Of a stretch of 64,000 nucleotides of DNA, positions 61,981-64,000 are shown one piece after another. The notes beneath the pieces were generated by a model, which searched no databases, was not told the origin of the DNA, and was given only the letters and a program-made list of their open reading frames with translations. This stretch comes from Patescibacteria group bacterium. Its GTDB lineage: Bacteria > Patescibacteriota > Patescibacteriia > UBA9934. The DNA lies in assembly GCA_038064675.1 (NCBI GenBank), contig JBBTSM010000003.1, positions 102,663-166,662 of the forward strand, written 5' to 3'. The position numbers and the translations under genes are program-made. Each line of letters starts with the position of its first letter. Within the stretch, counting starts at the first letter, position 1.

Positions 61981-63042
61981 CTATTTCTTCGTCACCGTCG
62001 CCGAGCCGAGATAGACATGCGTGTTGTTGGCAGGATCTACGAGAAGCGCCATTGCTGCGCGCGTTGAAGGAAGCTCGCTCGTCGTCCATGCGCTGCCGCC
62101 GGATGTTGAGCGATTCACCGTGGAATCCGTTCCGTAGTAGATGATGTCGCCGTTATCTGGTGCGATTGCAACAGAGTAGATGCGTACTTCACCGCTTGCG
62201 GAGATCAACGACACGCCAGACCATGTCGCGCCCTTGTCCTTAGATACAAGCAATCCGTACTGCGTGTTCATAACAAGGACGGATCCATCGGCATTTTGCG
62301 CAAATCCGTACACGCGGTCCGACGACTTGTAGTCTTTCAACGTTTTTTCAAAGCTCACCCAGTTTGCGCCGCTGTCTTCCGTGCGCTGCAACCCACTGGT
62401 TTTTGTTCCGACGAACACGATTCTGCTGTCTGCGCCGCTAATGGCAAGCGCAGTCACCGATGAATCGGTTCGTGTAATCGTCGCCCAGCTTCCGCCGCCG
62501 TCCACGGATCGAATAACGTCACCAGCGGTGTTGCCGATCCAAACAATCGAAGGATCGTACCAATCAAGCGCCATCGCAGAGATGGTCGTCTTCGCCTGGC
62601 TTTCCACGTACACGCCAGCATCAAACGTTCGTCCGCAATCAACCGTCTTCATCACGCGGTCTTCCTTTGCTACGAAGTACGTACAGACGTCCTTGGAACT
62701 AACAGCGATGGCGACGATTGCGCCAGACGTTGCAAGATCTTCCTCCGGCCGTTGCCACGATGCGCCACTGTCCAAGGAATAGAACATGCCGTTCGCAACA
62801 GTTCCAGCATAAATCGCGGAGCTGTCTTGAGGATCGACAGCGAATGTTGTCACGTCAACATTCTCAAGTGAACTTGTTCCTGTTGCGGTTGGCACCACTG
62901 CAGTTTGTTCCCACGTCTTTGATGCGTCGGCAGACTGCCAAACGCCACCCGTGGTTACGGCAGTGCTCCCGCCACCAAAGCACCCCGCACCAGTTAATGT
63001 GAGCGCCGCAAATGCAGCACCAAAGCGAAAAAGTTTATTCAT
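61981..63042 (-). CDS. BNR/Asp-box repeat beta-propeller lipoprotein
   Basis: Lipobox LTLTGAGC. Six SxDxGxTW-type motifs: SLDSGASW, TVDCGRTF, SVDGGGSW, TEDSGANW, SKDKGATW, STSGGSAW. Confidence 0.5.
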   Translation of the reverse strand: MNKLFRFGAAFAALTLTGAGCFGGGSTAVTTGGVWQSADASKTWEQTAVVPTATGTSSLENVDVTTFAVDPQDSSAIYAGTVANGMFYSLDSGASWQRPEEDLATSGAIVAIAVSSKDVCTYFVAKEDRVMKTVDCGRTFDAGVYVESQAKTTISAMALDWYDPSIVWIGNTAGDVIRSVDGGGSWATITRTDSSVTALAISGADSRIVFVGTKTSGLQRTEDSGANWVSFEKTLKDYKSSDRVYGFAQNADGSVLVMNTQYGLLVSKDKGATWSGVSLISASGEVRIYSVAIAPDNGDIIYYGTDSTVNRSTSGGSAWTTSELPSTRAAMALLVDPANNTHVYLGSATVTKK

Positions 63043-63790
63043 ACTTCCCCAATTGTAGCGCAAGTTGCTCGAAGGCGATTGTGGAATTCCCGTTTCCCGC
63101 AATTCGCTCCCGTGTTTTGAGCACGGCATCGAGCGCTTTCGACGTGGCTCGACCCGATCGCTCCAACTCGGCAACCAACGCACCAAGGAGCTCATCAACA
63201 TCGAGAACGTCGCGTTTCCCAAGGCTTTGTGCGACTTTCAATCGATCAACAAGAGACGACGACGTGAGGTTTTTTACATCCTCAAGGCATTCTGGTGAAA
63301 CTGCACGGTCGATGTTTGGCGCAAACGGAATGGTGACGGTTCGCGAAAGGACTGTGGGTAACATAGACGAAAGCTCGTGAACAACCAGGATGACGACGGT
63401 TTTCCCCGCCGGTTCTTCGAGAGTCTTCAGTAGTGCATTTTGTGCCGCGGTCGATAACACGTTCGCGTCGTCAAAGATTGCGACCGTCTGACCGTAAACC
63501 GCCGACTGGCCAAGCCGAACCAGAGCATCCCGAATATCGTCTAAATCGTACGCTTTCGATCCGGAATCGCGAGTGATCGGCGCCATGCCAATGAAGTCTG
63601 GATGGCGTGAGAGCTCGTCGTTTTGGACCCCAAGAAGCCCCGCAGCAAGCGCGCGAGCCACCATTGACTTTCCCGAATGTTCTGCTCCGGCAAGCACCAA
63701 ACCGTGCGGAAGTGTACCGCGTTCCAGCATACCCAAAAGTGCTGAAATCTGAGGTTTATGCCCGGAAATATGCGAAAAGCTGTCCATCAT
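63035..63790 (-). CDS. holB: DNA polymerase III delta-prime subunit-like AAA+ protein
   Basis: GLVLAGAEHSGKSMVARALAAGLL; sensor segment VILVVHELSSMLPTVLSRT. Confidence 0.55.
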   Translation of the reverse strand: MMDSFSHISGHKPQISALLGMLERGTLPHGLVLAGAEHSGKSMVARALAAGLLGVQNDELSRHPDFIGMAPITRDSGSKAYDLDDIRDALVRLGQSAVYGQTVAIFDDANVLSTAAQNALLKTLEEPAGKTVVILVVHELSSMLPTVLSRTVTIPFAPNIDRAVSPECLEDVKNLTSSSLVDRLKVAQSLGKRDVLDVDELLGALVAELERSGRATSKALDAVLKTRERIAGNGNSTIAFEQLALQLGKYE

Positions 63791-63794
63791 ATGC

Positions 63795-63823
63795 TTGACT
63801 TTTCTGCGATTTTCTGCTATTCT
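63795..63823 (+). promoter_or_regulatory. promoter TTGACT-17-TATTCT reading towards repeat copy 4 and a gene beyond the window
   Basis: Read directly. Confidence 0.35.
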
Positions 63824-63947
63824 ACCCGGTTCGCTTCGTTTCCGATAGAAGCAAAAACTCAAACCGAGTGCATGAAGATATTCGTGCCCTCAGTGCGAGA
63901 TATCGCAGATTCACAATACAAAAGTCACTCGAACAGAGAACGTTCCA

Positions 63948-64000
63948 CATTTAGACTAGTTTCGGTGCGCGTCGAGCAAAGCTCGCGAGACGTACTCAAG
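63948..64000 (-). repeat. copy 4 (partial, truncated by the window end) of the MITE-like element
   Basis: CATTTAGACTAGTTTCGGTGCGCGTCGAGCAAAGCTCGCGAGACGTACT aligns to the reverse complement of copies 1 and 2. Confidence 0.45.

Noticed and set aside
1-64000. CRISPR arrays, rRNA genes, transposases, integrases and other recombinases
   Set aside because: No regularly spaced direct repeats with unique spacers, no rRNA-like conserved stretches, and no ORF with DDE or tyrosine/serine recombinase motifs were seen on either strand.

Overview
This is a ~64 kb bacterial chromosomal segment with a backbone of roughly 50-53% GC. I cannot place the lineage; it carries diderm-like genes (MacAB-type efflux, a beta-barrel outer-membrane-like protein, an autotransporter-like giant adhesin, a BNR lipoprotein). 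Housekeeping genes recognised from sequence are rplU, rpmB, rpmG, pyrH, pyrD, hisS, tpiA, frr and holB, plus four tRNAs: Trp-CCA, Thr-TGT, Tyr-GTA and Thr-GGT. Accessory material is interleaved with them. The main accessory features are two giant repeat-rich surface proteins; an AT-rich islet directly after tRNA-Trp containing a gene exactly bracketed by 13-bp direct repeats; and a GC-rich islet after tRNA-Thr that holds a duplicated promoter-gene-terminator cassette. There are further GC-rich islets, a four-copy MITE-like intergenic repeat family that always sits in the same orientation upstream of genes, and a second inverted-repeat-flanked element between tRNA-Tyr and tRNA-Thr. I found no CRISPR array, rRNA, transposase or integrase. 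ORF-track coordinates are used for coding sequences. Starts inside a listed ORF were computed from the track by arithmetic. Coordinates of RNA genes, repeats and hairpins were counted by hand and may be off by 1-2 nt. All functional calls rest on motifs I could read in the translations; no database search was run.
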